A stretch of 64,000 nt of DNA from positions 248,001 to 312,000 of the forward strand of contig OZ193909.1 of assembly GCA_964276515.1 (NCBI GenBank). The letters are read 5' to 3'. The notes under the pieces are model-generated. The model saw nothing but the letters and a program-made list of their open reading frames with translations, was not told the DNA's origin and ran no database searches. How positions within the stretch are numbered: the stretch's first letter is position 1; every line of letters starts with the position of its first letter. This document shows, in pieces, positions 1 through 11,032 of this stretch. Source of the DNA: Gordius albopunctatus. Lineage: Eukaryota. Made by a program: the position numbers and the translations under genes.

Positions 1-249
1 ATGAAAATCATATTTAAAAGTGTACTAAAACAGAATTTATAATTCTTAATTCATCGACAAAATATACTACACAACCGCTTTTTAAAAGTGACATTGGTGG
101 TAGTTACTTTACTATTTATTACCTTTAAATAACTTCAAAACCTTTTTACTATATTATAATTAAAACCTTTGATTTTTATATACAAGCGCTCTTTCTAAAT
201 TAAAGAATTGATTTTTCCAAGCAAATAAGCAATACATAAAATTTAGCAA

Positions 250-320
250 TTTATATGTAGTGGGTATAACTTTAGACTTTGAAGCGCGAGGTTGCCGGTT
301 CGATTCCACCTCCTCCGGCA
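250..320 (+). ncRNA. tRNA-like relic (pseudo-tRNA or SINE head)
   Basis: A-box-like TGTAGTGGGTATAAC (256-270), anticodon-loop-like CTTTGAA and B-box GGTTCGATTCC (297-307). No 5' acceptor-stem partner, so not an intact tRNA. Confidence 0.45.
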
Positions 321-417
321 TTTATTTCAAAGTTTAAAAATATCTAACATCGTCAACACGGCTGTCAGGCCTGGATAGCCGAGCGTCACCCCTGATCCAA
401 GTGCTATGAAAGTTCGT

Positions 418-3400
418 AATAATGAAAGTAATGAAAGCGCTAGAGCGTCCTCCGTAAACGACGCGCATGGTAGGCGCCCGTATCATGTGAAAAGTCAACG
501 AGGGTCACTACATCTTCCGCAAACGGATGTAGTTAAAGAAACTAGTTTTCTAAGGACGAGATTGAGAGTGGGCTCGCTAAACGTTGGACGGTGACTGCAA
601 AATGCCGAGAAGTTGCTGACACCCTCAGCAAGCAACGGGTCGATATAGCGTGTATACAGGAAACAAGATGGAAAGGCGCAAAAGCAAGGATGATAGGTGA
701 AGGCTATAAACTTTACTTCAATGGTCTCGAAACGAATATAAATGGCGTGGCAATCATACTAGCCTCACATCTGCAAGATAAAGTCATTGAGGTACAAAGA
801 AAAAGTGGGCGACTCAGGATGTTGAAACTATGCATAAAAGGTGATATGATTAATGTAGTTTCCGGATATGCTCCGCAAACAGAATGTACAGATGAAGAAA
901 AGGAGGAATTTCGGGAAGAATTAGACGAAATTCTGCGAATGATACCCATAGCCGAAATAGTTATAATTGGAGCAGATATGAATTGTCATGTAGACAAAAC
1001 AAGAGAAGGATTCGAACGGTACCATGGTGGAAATGGCTACGGAGCGAGAAACGATGAAGGCGAAAAAATATTGAAAATATCCGTTGCATTTGATTTGGCC
1101 ATCACAAATACCTTCTTCAAAAAGAATGTAAATCACCTAATAACGTGCAAAAGTGGAAATCGATATTCGCAGATTGACTTCCTCCTAATATCAAGAAAGG
1201 AATTAAAGAATGTACGAGATTGTAAGGTGATACCAGGTGAGGCTATTGCAGCCTAGCATAGACTTGTTGTGATGGACTATACCATCTCCAAGGCGAAAAC
1301 ACAAAAGCCGAAGAGATTAAATGGGAAAATCAAATGGTTCCGGCTATCAAAATTGAAACATATTTACAATGATCAAATAGTTGAACGGCTGCAAATAGAT
1401 GATCAGCAGAATGCTAACGATTTGTGGAATAACATAGCTAACACGGTACGATTAGTAGCGAGATGTGTTCTAGGCGAAGGTAAACCAGGTATACAAAAAA
1501 ATAAATAGACATGGTGGTGGAACAAAGACGTGCAACGCCTGCTCAAATTGTAAAGAAAGCTTTACAAATTATGGTCAGGAAACAGAAATGAGGAAACACG
1601 ATTGGCATATGTGAAAGCTAAAAATGAGGCAAAATGTTGTGTAGCCAAGGCTAAAACAGAGGTCTACGAGAATTTGAATGCCAAGTTAATCGGTAAAGAA
1701 GGGGAAAGAATGATCTACAAAATCGGAAAGACCAGGGCAAGGAACTCAAAGGATGTGGTAAACGTGAAAACCATAAAGAGCAAAGATGGCATCACTCTAA
1801 CTCTGGACTATCAAATCATAGATCGTTGCGAAGAATATTATAAAGAATTATTAAACAATAAAAATGGGTTTTCAGACCACTGCGAAAGCAAAAACTATGA
1901 ATATGACCCAGAGTTAGAAGTGACAGAAGAAGATGTTGACCAGGTGCTTAAAAAGATGACCATGGGTAGAGCAGTGGGACCTGATAATATACCTATGGAA
2001 GCTTTCAAAATGCTAGGACCCTTAGGTGTACATCTACTTGCAAAGTGTAACGAAGTGGCCGGCGGGTAGAACCCTAAGCTCCCGTATACTAGGCTCCCAT
2101 ATAACACTAACTCCGATTCTAAACCAAGACACTAAATCAAAAGACAGTGAGTGTTTTATTAGGTGGATAAGGCTTTACATACACATAGCTAAGGACATAT
2201 ATAAAAGTAGTAATCAAATAAGAGATAAAGTACGGTGTAAACTAAGGTATATTCAAATGGCTAAGCGTATATTCAAATATCTGTGACCGCGCTCAAGTAT
2301 AGGAAAAACGCGTGTATTCAAATTGCAACCTTGAATGCCGCTACACTACACAAAGCTGTTTAACAAAATACTTGCAAGTGGTATGATGCCTAATGAGATA
2401 AAATTAAGGGAGATGTACAAGAATGCAACAACTAGCGAGGGATAAAGTTAACGAGTCACGTAATGAAGGTGTGGGAAAAGGTTATAGAAGCTAGACTCCG
2501 AAAAATAATATCAATAGATGAACTTAAATTTGGGTTCATGCCTGAAAAGTCGACTTCAGGTGCAATACATGGTCTTAGGAGACTTATGGAAGTATATAAG
2601 GAAAAAAAAAGATCTTAATGTGTGTTTCATCGATTTCGAGAAAGCTTTCGATAAAGTGCCAAGGCAGTTGATATGGGATAGCCTGAGTTCCAATGATGTA
2701 CCCGAGGCTTGTATAATGTTAATAAAGGATATGTATACAAAGGCAAAACTAAAGTTCGGACATCCAGTGGTACATCAAAGGGATTCAGTCTAAATGTCGG
2801 TATGCATCAAGGATCGGCCCTAGGTCCATTGATCTTCATAACAATAATGGATTCGATAACGAAGGACCTGAAACGCCAATCACCTTGGGCAATGCTCTTT
2901 GCGGATGATATAGTCCTGTGCGCAGGCTCAAATGTGGAATTAGCAGAGCAGGTAAAAGTGTGGATGGAACGAATTGAAAGCAAAGGCCTTAGGGTCAACC
3001 GAGATAAAACGGAATATGTAGGCTTGGAGTCGGGGAATGAATACAAAGAAACACACTTGCAACTAGATGACTGGTGTTTAAGCAGCAGGAAAGAATTCAA
3101 ATATCTTGGTTCTAGGGTAAAATGTGAGGGAGGTGTGGAAAACGAAATTAAGGCAAGAATAAACGCAAGCTGGCTAAACTTCAGGGATTTGAGAGGTGTC
3201 CTATGTGACAAGCACATACCACTCAAATTGAAAGGACGGTTATATAACACCTTTATTGTACCCACGGTATTGTATGGAGCGGAAACCTGGGCAATTAAGG
3301 CAAAAGAGGAGCAAAGCTTGGCTACAATGGAGATGCGGATGTTGAGATGGATCTTGGGAATAAGCAAATAGGACCATATAAGTAACCAAGGCATAAGGGA

Positions 3401-3685
3401 TAAACTAAATGTATTTCCGATTCAGAGAAAGTTGGTGGTAAGAAGATTGAGATGGTATGGCCATTTGGAGAGACGGGAGGAAAGTCACTTGGCAAATCGT
3501 ATCAAGAAAGTGCGAGTCGAAGGTAAGCAAAAGAGAGGAAGGCCTAAACTGACATGGAAGCATAAAATTGATATGGACTTGAGAAGGTACGAGCTAAAGC
3601 GAAGCTGGTGTAAGTGCAGGAATAAATGGAGAACCTACTTGAAGGAGCTGACCACTAAATGTGACAAACAGCTATAGGAAAAAAA
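418..3685 (+). mobile_element. RTE-clade LINE (family 1), near full length, frameshifted
   Basis: APE endonuclease (IACIQETRWKG, GADMNCH, SQIDF), RT motifs (FIDFEKAFD, HQGSALGP, LFADDIV), C-terminal RLRWYGHL/RGRPK and A-tail 3679-3685. Several stops and frameshifts; interrupted at 2046-2350. Confidence 0.93.
2046..2350 (-). mobile_element. Solo LTR inserted in the RTE
   Basis: TGTA...TACA ends and 5-bp TSD CAAAG (2041-2045 / 2351-2355). The RTE reading frame VHLLAK|LFNKIL resumes on removal. AATAAA lies on the minus strand. Confidence 0.85.
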
Positions 3686-4044
3686 TACGTAGTTTGACTT
3701 TGAATTCGGGTTGATAAAGAAACTCTATCCTAATGGGCTCCAGCTTTGGAATTATAGGATTAAAATTTTGATTTATTTTTTTGAAATTTTATCCAAATAT
3801 TAATGATTTTCATGAATTTTTCGATTTAAAGGGCTGGCTACCCCCATGCCCATGATTGGTTATGTCACAATAAACTTATTAAAATTTCATTAAAAGAAGG
3901 TAAACGCTTCAAATTTGTAATATTCCATTTGGCATAGGAGATGCTTTAGTATATCGAAAATGTTAGTGACTGTTTAACTAGCAATCATCTATTAATTCAG
4001 TTTTATCTTGTATATATATGTATTTTTTGCGCGAAACAACGTAG

Positions 4045-5620
4045 TTAATTGTTACATGGATGGAATGGATATAACGGTCAACAATCCGACTCAATTCACA
4101 GGTATGATGTACGTTAGAGGACAATTCAGGAATGACAATTGTCGCGCTGCCATTCTCCCAAACACAACTAAATCACCTGTATTGTATTTATCCTACGACA
4201 AATGCAAGCACGGAATTGATAAGGTAAACAACACCTAAATCATTCTAATTCTTTATTAAATTTTGTGTTCAGCAGGGTTTATTTTGATGCTAAATAATAT
4301 TTCCTTTATTTTAGGTGAATAACAATTTATTTTTCGTGGTGATCGTACAACCGCACCTTTCTTTGGTCACGAGTCGAGCCAAAGCTTATAAACTAATTTG
4401 TCAGCACAACGATCAGGGATTGGATAAACGCGTATCCAGTCACATGCGTGTCAAGTATATTTAAAAGAATATAGATTCATTCTAGTTTAAGACAAATATA
4501 TTTTTAATTTTCTTTTTAAATTTATTAAATGATAGTTCATTGGCATCCGATATTGCTCTAACCAAAAATGGTCCCGCACCGAAACTCAAAATGTACATAA
4601 CTGATCATACTGGTCATTCTATAGAATCAGCGAAATTGGGCGATAGACTAATGTTGAAAATAGAAGTTCAACCAGAAAGTATGTCTCACAAATCACCTTT
4701 TTAACCTATTTTTAAGCTTAAAAAATAATCAGATGCTATATAATTTACCTTTGAATATAACTTACAGATATTTTTGGGATTTCGGCCAAAGATTGTTATG
4801 CCCGAAACGATGAAGATGAATTAGAGTACAAATTCATCGATTCAATGGGGTATTCTACATTTTTATTTATAAGAGTCAAAAAGTTAATCTATATGTGAGG
4901 TATAACGTTTTAAATATAATCATGATCAGATGCACGCTGGACGCCGACCTTTTCTCCAATTTCAACCAAGAATCGAGTCAATCCAAAGCTATTTCATCGA
5001 CATTTTACGCCTTCAAATTTCCCATCTCGACCTCGCTCCTCTTTCACTGCAGCGTGAGAGTGTGCATAGATCGATGCCAAAAAGTTAGTTATCATTCAAC
5101 AAATAACTCTGACGACGCCCCAAAATCACCAAATTTATTCATTGCGGATTTTTGCATGTGTTTTCAAAACTGTTTCATAGGTTGACTGCGACGTTGGAAT
5201 GGGCAATGCGACATTACAAAAGGTTAAACGGGATGCGAGACCGGTGGATGTAGTAGATGAAGAAGGAGTAGAAACTAAACGCCTGAATATTATTGTGGGA
5301 GAAAAGGAATTCCTTGACAAAGGTACTAACTTATATATTGATCAAAATAGCAAAAACTGAAATTAATAAATTAACTCTGTCTGGCACAACCTTTAACTTC
5401 AAAAATTAAATTTATAAATACTAAATTTAACTAATTAATAGATGGAGAAGAATCGTATCAGATGTCAACGATGCAAGAGGGCAGCATATCGCGAATTAAA
5501 TGTTTCAAGCGCACGACCTTGATATACGGATGGAGTGTTATGGCTCTACTGCTAACTTTTAGCCTCACATCCCTCGCTTACACCTACAAATACTCGAGCT
5601 ATTTAATCAATAAGCGATGA
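4045..5620 (+). CDS. ZP-domain (cuticlin-like) membrane-anchored protein, 3' exons
   Basis: Seven GT-AG exons encoding VNCYMDGMDITV...FTGMMYVRG, VVIVQPHLSLVTSRAKAYKLIC, AKLGDRLML and FYAFKFPISTSLLFHCSVRVC, then a furin-like KVKR site, a hydrophobic TM segment and stop at 5618-5620. The first visible exon starts at an acceptor (4045); the signal-peptide exon was not found. Confidence 0.85.
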
Positions 5621-6429
5621 TCTTTAATTAATATATCCGGCGACATCTATATTAAAGGGATTTGTCCCAAGGCACATATATGTTGATAATAGAATTTAGT
5701 ATCGCAATTATAGAATAACTGGCCATCGCCATACATGGTCAAATAAATAAAGGGATTTAATGATGTGTAATATGGGTCTAATAAATTAGAGTAGCCACCA
5801 TCATGGGCGTGGCCAGAATTGGAGTTAGAGGGAAGCAATTATGATTTAGGGGGGGGGGGGGCAAAATGACTAATTTTTGAAATTTTCTAAAGAATTTATG
5901 GATTTATATGAAAGAGGGAATAATGGGAGAACATTGGAGGATTATCTATCCATAATTAAGTTTACCATTTAATTACTAAAAACAATGAATAGCGTTCATA
6001 TGTTAATAGTCGATCATCACTTAATAATTTATTATCAGCTGTTCGCGAGTTTATCGTATTAGTTTAAAGGAGCCACTTAAGGTGGGAACGGCTTGATGTA
6101 TGTATCTACTGAGATTTGATGTTGCTGTTCAAAAGCATTTTCATAAAAAAATGTTATTTTAAGAATAGCAAGATTTAAATTTTTTACGTAAACCAATTTT
6201 AACTAAAAGATATGAAAACATACAAAAATATCTCAATTACGTGGAAAAGTACCACTTTTTGTCCTAGTCTTAAATCATTAAATAAATTAGATATGCACAA
6301 TTTGATAACCCAATATAGGCTATATTATGGTTATTAATATAATTTTAAAATGCATATTTACAAAAAATATCATCGTTATTGATTTAGAATTCAACACTTA
6401 CACATTAAAGGGTGCATATTCAAAATTTA

Positions 6430-8948
6430 TTAAATGGGCGAAAATAGTTCTCGTAAACATTTGCCCACTGCATTAATCAAATCTGACTCCACGAGGTAAG
6501 AGGTAGTATCACTGTGTCCGTTATAAAACTCCAATTTCGGAGGGTCGTCCAGCAACTAAATAATAGAATAGTTTTAGTAAATAGAAGCGAGAGTTTTCCT
6601 AAATTAATTACCTTTCTACCACAAACAACGATGAGTGGGATCCCAATTCGTTTCATGTCCTCCACCCTTTTGCCTACTGTGAGGTGAGTTCGGTCATCAC
6701 ATAATATTTCCCCCTTCAGTTCTCGGGGGAAGGATGTCAGCAGGGTTGGCCCTACGAATCCACCCATGTTATCCGCGTAATATCTCGTCGCTATCGTGCA
6801 ATATTAAAAATTTAGACAGTTTAGTAGTTTCTTTTTAAATAAGTGAGATTTGTTTTAAATTATTCTGTCGGAAGAACCCGACCCGGTCCGAACCCTATTT
6901 AATATCCGCCCGGCTATGCCCGTCAATTATGTTATGCTTCAGGATATTACAAAAAGGGTTATGGTCTTCGACCCGCCCCAAAGACGGGCGAATCAGCATT
7001 GGGATTAGAGGGGGCAATAACAATTTAGGAAGGGGCAAAATGATAATTTTTTAAAATTTTAGCCATTATTTTAATCAATTTCAACAAATTTTTGGATGAG
7101 GAGGGGTGGGCAGCCCATGCAAAGGCATTTTAAATGTTGTGCCGGAGACGGCCGAAACTCTAAATTTAGGGTCGGCCGGCCGGCCTCTTAGGGTTTCTTT
7201 TCTCAATACATAGTTGCGGTTATTTATAGTTATTTTGATCAGGGACTTAATGATCTAACTTGCATTGCTGTATACAGCCTTTTCTTCCTTGCTACCAGCC
7301 TTGGGTGGCACTACGGCCAGCCTGAAAGGGGCCAAAGGGGGTGGCCACTTACAAAACCTTTCTCCATCACCATCTCGATCCCCAGAAGTTTCCAAGATGG
7401 CCGCCATTAATCTTGTGACTCCAATACCGTAGCAAGTCATATGACAGGGTATGGGGCGTAGAGATTGGTCCAAGGCTAGGGTTAAGTTGAAGGCACGGGT
7501 GAAATGAGTTCCTAGGTGAAAGGTGTGAGCCACTTCGATTGTATTGAACACCTGAAATGGTATGGTCGTAGAGATTTCATTGGAGTTATTAAGTATCTTT
7601 TCGGGTTTTGTAACTTTCACTGCTTGGCCTGTGTGATTACACGATGGACATTTTAAGGAATCCATTGGAGCTAAGTTTGTATTTAATAAAAAAAATATAT
7701 AGGAAAAGGGTGCCTTATTCTTAAAAGATTTATATATTAGGCAAACAACAATTTAATTTCTAGATGCCTTGTGAAACATAAATTTGATAGTAAACATTTA
7801 AATTTTAACTTTGTTATATATGATTTGGACTATGTATGTTGCAATCTAACTTAAGAAAATTACTCATTAGATAAAAATAATGTCCTTATTACTAATACAA
7901 TTAAAATTTTATAAGGTAACACTAACCATTATTAGGAGATAAATGGTGGTAAGAAGCATTTCTTTGATCACCTCCATTCATTAAGCTTACCTTTGATTTA
8001 GTGATATTATTTGGCTGAACTTCAGCTGTTTTTTTAATATGAGATATACTTTGTGAGTTTACACCAAATGTTATGCTACATTTAGGGCAAAGAGCTATTA
8101 CATCCTCACCAATAGAGCTTATTGCATGATATTCATGGCTTAACCCATATGTTCCTTCACCCATTAGACTTGAAGGATTAGTTAGAGAAGATGTTTGCAC
8201 AGGTCGTGATATAATAACTTCATCTAAAACACTCTCTAATAATTCCAAGTAGGCACTCCTAACCAAATTATAGGTAATTTGAGCACTTTCATAATCTGAG
8301 TGAAACCCATATGCATCTGCCATCACAAATTCACGGGCACGTAATAATCCATGTTTAGGTTTGCCTTCATCTCTATACTTTCTTCCTATTTGGTATAAAC
8401 ACAATGGTAATTGTTTAGGACTACTAAATGAGGGGTTTGTCCCTAAAAGATGGACCAACATAGAGCAAATAGATTCCTCATCTGTCTAATTAGATTTATT
8501 ATTTGATATTCTTAAAATAAATCTTACTGGATTAAGGCAAATTTGTTTATCATTTCGATCTTTAAAAGCAAAAATATCTCCCCATGCTGACTCTAAGCGT
8601 CCAGACTGCTTCCATAAATCAGTTGATGTTAAAGAAGATAGGCTAAGTTTAAAGGCTCCTACCCTTTCTTCCATAGTTGTTTCTATCATCGCACAGAGCT
8701 TATCTAAGACACGCTGCCCTAAAGGAAGTACGTTGTAGAACCCTGTGGCGCCAGAAGCTTGAATGTAACCATAATCTAACATTAACTTAGCCAGAAGGAG
8801 AGATTATTAGTCTGTCGACTCAATATATTATTAATATATCTTAAGAAATATTAATAAATACCTCTTGACTTTTACAGGACAAAGAGTTTAACTTAGGCAA
8901 CGTGTTGACCATAAAAGGAGAAAGCTTGCTAAAATATTTTATGGACAT
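6430..8948 (-). CDS. PARS2: Mitochondrial prolyl-tRNA synthetase (multi-exon)
   Basis: [77 protein letters not shown], anticodon domain [14 protein letters not shown] at 8948, stop at 6430. Confidence 0.92.
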
Positions 8949-9259
8949 GGTAAAAATTTTGAAAACATGTGATTAAAAGGGGTCTGTCAAGTTGCTACAC
9001 ATCTTGATTGTAGAGTTATTAAGGTAGTAAAAAAAATAAATTTCATTATGTATATATAGTATCGTACTCAGTTTTACAATTAAAATAGCTCCACTCTTTT
9101 CATATTTATGTTTCTATAAAGTTATGCTTATTGATCTAATGATGTTCACTTTATTCTGCAAGCGCTGTTTTTTTGTTTTATTTTCCTATTTAAAAATGAT
9201 AACAAAATTATCCATTCAAAATGTCTTTATTATAATCCAATCCTCTATATAAAATTCAC

Positions 9260-10362
9260 AATAATAAAGGCAATGAAAGAGCTAAGGCGCCATGGTAGGC
9301 ACCCGTATCATTTTACATCTTCCACCAATGGATGTAGTTGAGGAAACTAGTTTGATGAGTAAATAATTAAGAGTGGGCTCGCAAAATTTATAAACGATGA
9401 CCTAAAAATTGGGAGAAATTGCTGACACCCACAACAAGCGACGGGTTCATATAACATGTAAACAAGAAACAAGATGGAGAGTAACAAAAGCAAGAATGAT
9501 AAGTGAAGATTATTTTCAATAGCTCATAAACGCATAAAAATGGCTTGGCAATCATATTAGATTTGCATCTGCAATGAAAAAATAATTAAGGTATGAAGAA
9601 AAAGTGGCCGACTTATGTTGTAAAACTTTGCATAAAAGGTCAAATGATTAATGTGGTGTCCAGTTTTGCTTCGCAAACAAGATGCGCAGATAAAGAAAAG
9701 AGTAATTTTTGGGAACAACTAGACAAAAGGTTTCACTTGAAACCTCCAGCGGAGGTGGTTATAAGTGGAGCGGATATTAACGGTCACATTGACAAAACAA
9801 CAGAAGGATCGAACGGTAACATGGTGGAAATTAATAAGAAATATTGAAAATAGCCATGGGCGTTGCCAGCATTGGAATTAGAGGGGGGCAAAAAGGATTA
9901 GTGAAAGGGTAATAAAAAATGAACATTTTTAGAAATTTTAGTCATAATTTTAATAAATTTCAACCAAATTTTAAATTTAGAGGGGGGCAGCCACCCCTCC
10001 CTGCCCCCCCCCTGGCTACCCTCATGAAAATAGCTGTGGCATTTGATTTGCTCATCACAAATACTTTCTTCAAAAATAATGTAAAACAATAACGTAGAAA
10101 AAGTAGAATCGGTCTTCACAGATCGACTTCCTCGTAAAATCAGGAAAAGAATTAAAAATATATGCGATTGTAAGGTTACATCATATGAGGCTATTGCAGC
10201 TCAACACAGACTTGTTGAGATGACTATAATATGCAAAAACACAAAGCCTGACAAGACTCAATGGGAAAATAAAACGTTTCCCGCTAACAAACTTGAAAAA
10301 TGTTTACAAAGATCTCATAATTAAACGGCTGCAGATAGATGATCAACAGAATGCTAACGATA
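9260..10362 (+). mobile_element. Degraded RTE family 1, 5' part
   Basis: Collinear by eye with 430-1420 (endonuclease region); many indels. Confidence 0.85.
9855..10026. mobile_element. MITE (hAT-like) with 8-bp TSD
   Basis: Imperfect TIR CATGGGCGTTGCCAG / CTGGCTACCCTCATG and TSD AAAATAGC (9847-9854 / 10027-10034). Related copies near 3732-3854, 5802-5940, 6985-7119 and 36741-36800. Confidence 0.85.
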
Positions 10363-11032
10363 GTAGACGTACGAATATCATTTGGAAAAAGGTTGCAACT
10401 TATGAAAAGGCTGCAGAAGCAAAGAAATATGTCGAGGATGGCTGGGGGCTATGGTATAAAAAACAGTGAAGAGGGTACAAAAGTGTATTACAGGTATAAT
10501 ATTATGACTTATATAATCATTTTTAAGGTGCAACAAAGTTAAGTGTAGAGGTCCACAATGTGCAGCTTGAATATATATATTATATGAATCTATATCAGAT
10601 AAAGTTATTGGATACACATCAACTTCATCTCATACTCATACCGAAAATACTGACAAGCTTAAAATAAATAATTAAATTAAAGATGAGATAAAAAATTGTT
10701 TGATTTAGGCCTGAAGCCTAAATCTATTATGCATAATCTCAACAAAATGAATTATAATATTTCATTGGCTCAGCTAAGAAATACATTAACTGCATTGAGA
10801 AGAAATAAATATGGTGTCAATGATTAGTTTAGGAGAGTTGGAGCAGGGGCTAATTGCTAATTCTCAAATACCCTTTGATAATGATGAATTCTATATTGTA
10901 TCTTACATGGTGTCATGACTATGATAGGCATTTCCATATTTTGGGAATGTCTCTATGTGTTAATGAAAAAGAAGAAGATTATATTTCTTTATTTAACACT
11001 TTAATTAATGGAGTTAAATCTATTAATAATAC

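Noticed and set aside
250..320. Functional tRNA-Gln(TTG) gene
   Set aside because: Acceptor and anticodon stems cannot be paired; kept only as a relic.
445..510. HDV-like ribozyme at the RTE 5' end
   Set aside because: The loop is 10 nt rather than the 7-nt L3, and no P1/P1.1/J4-2 arrangement could be built.
2807..3394. 195-aa minus-strand ORF (similarly 11448-12005 and 49124-49600)
   Set aside because: Antisense to retroelement coding sequence, with no recognisable motifs.
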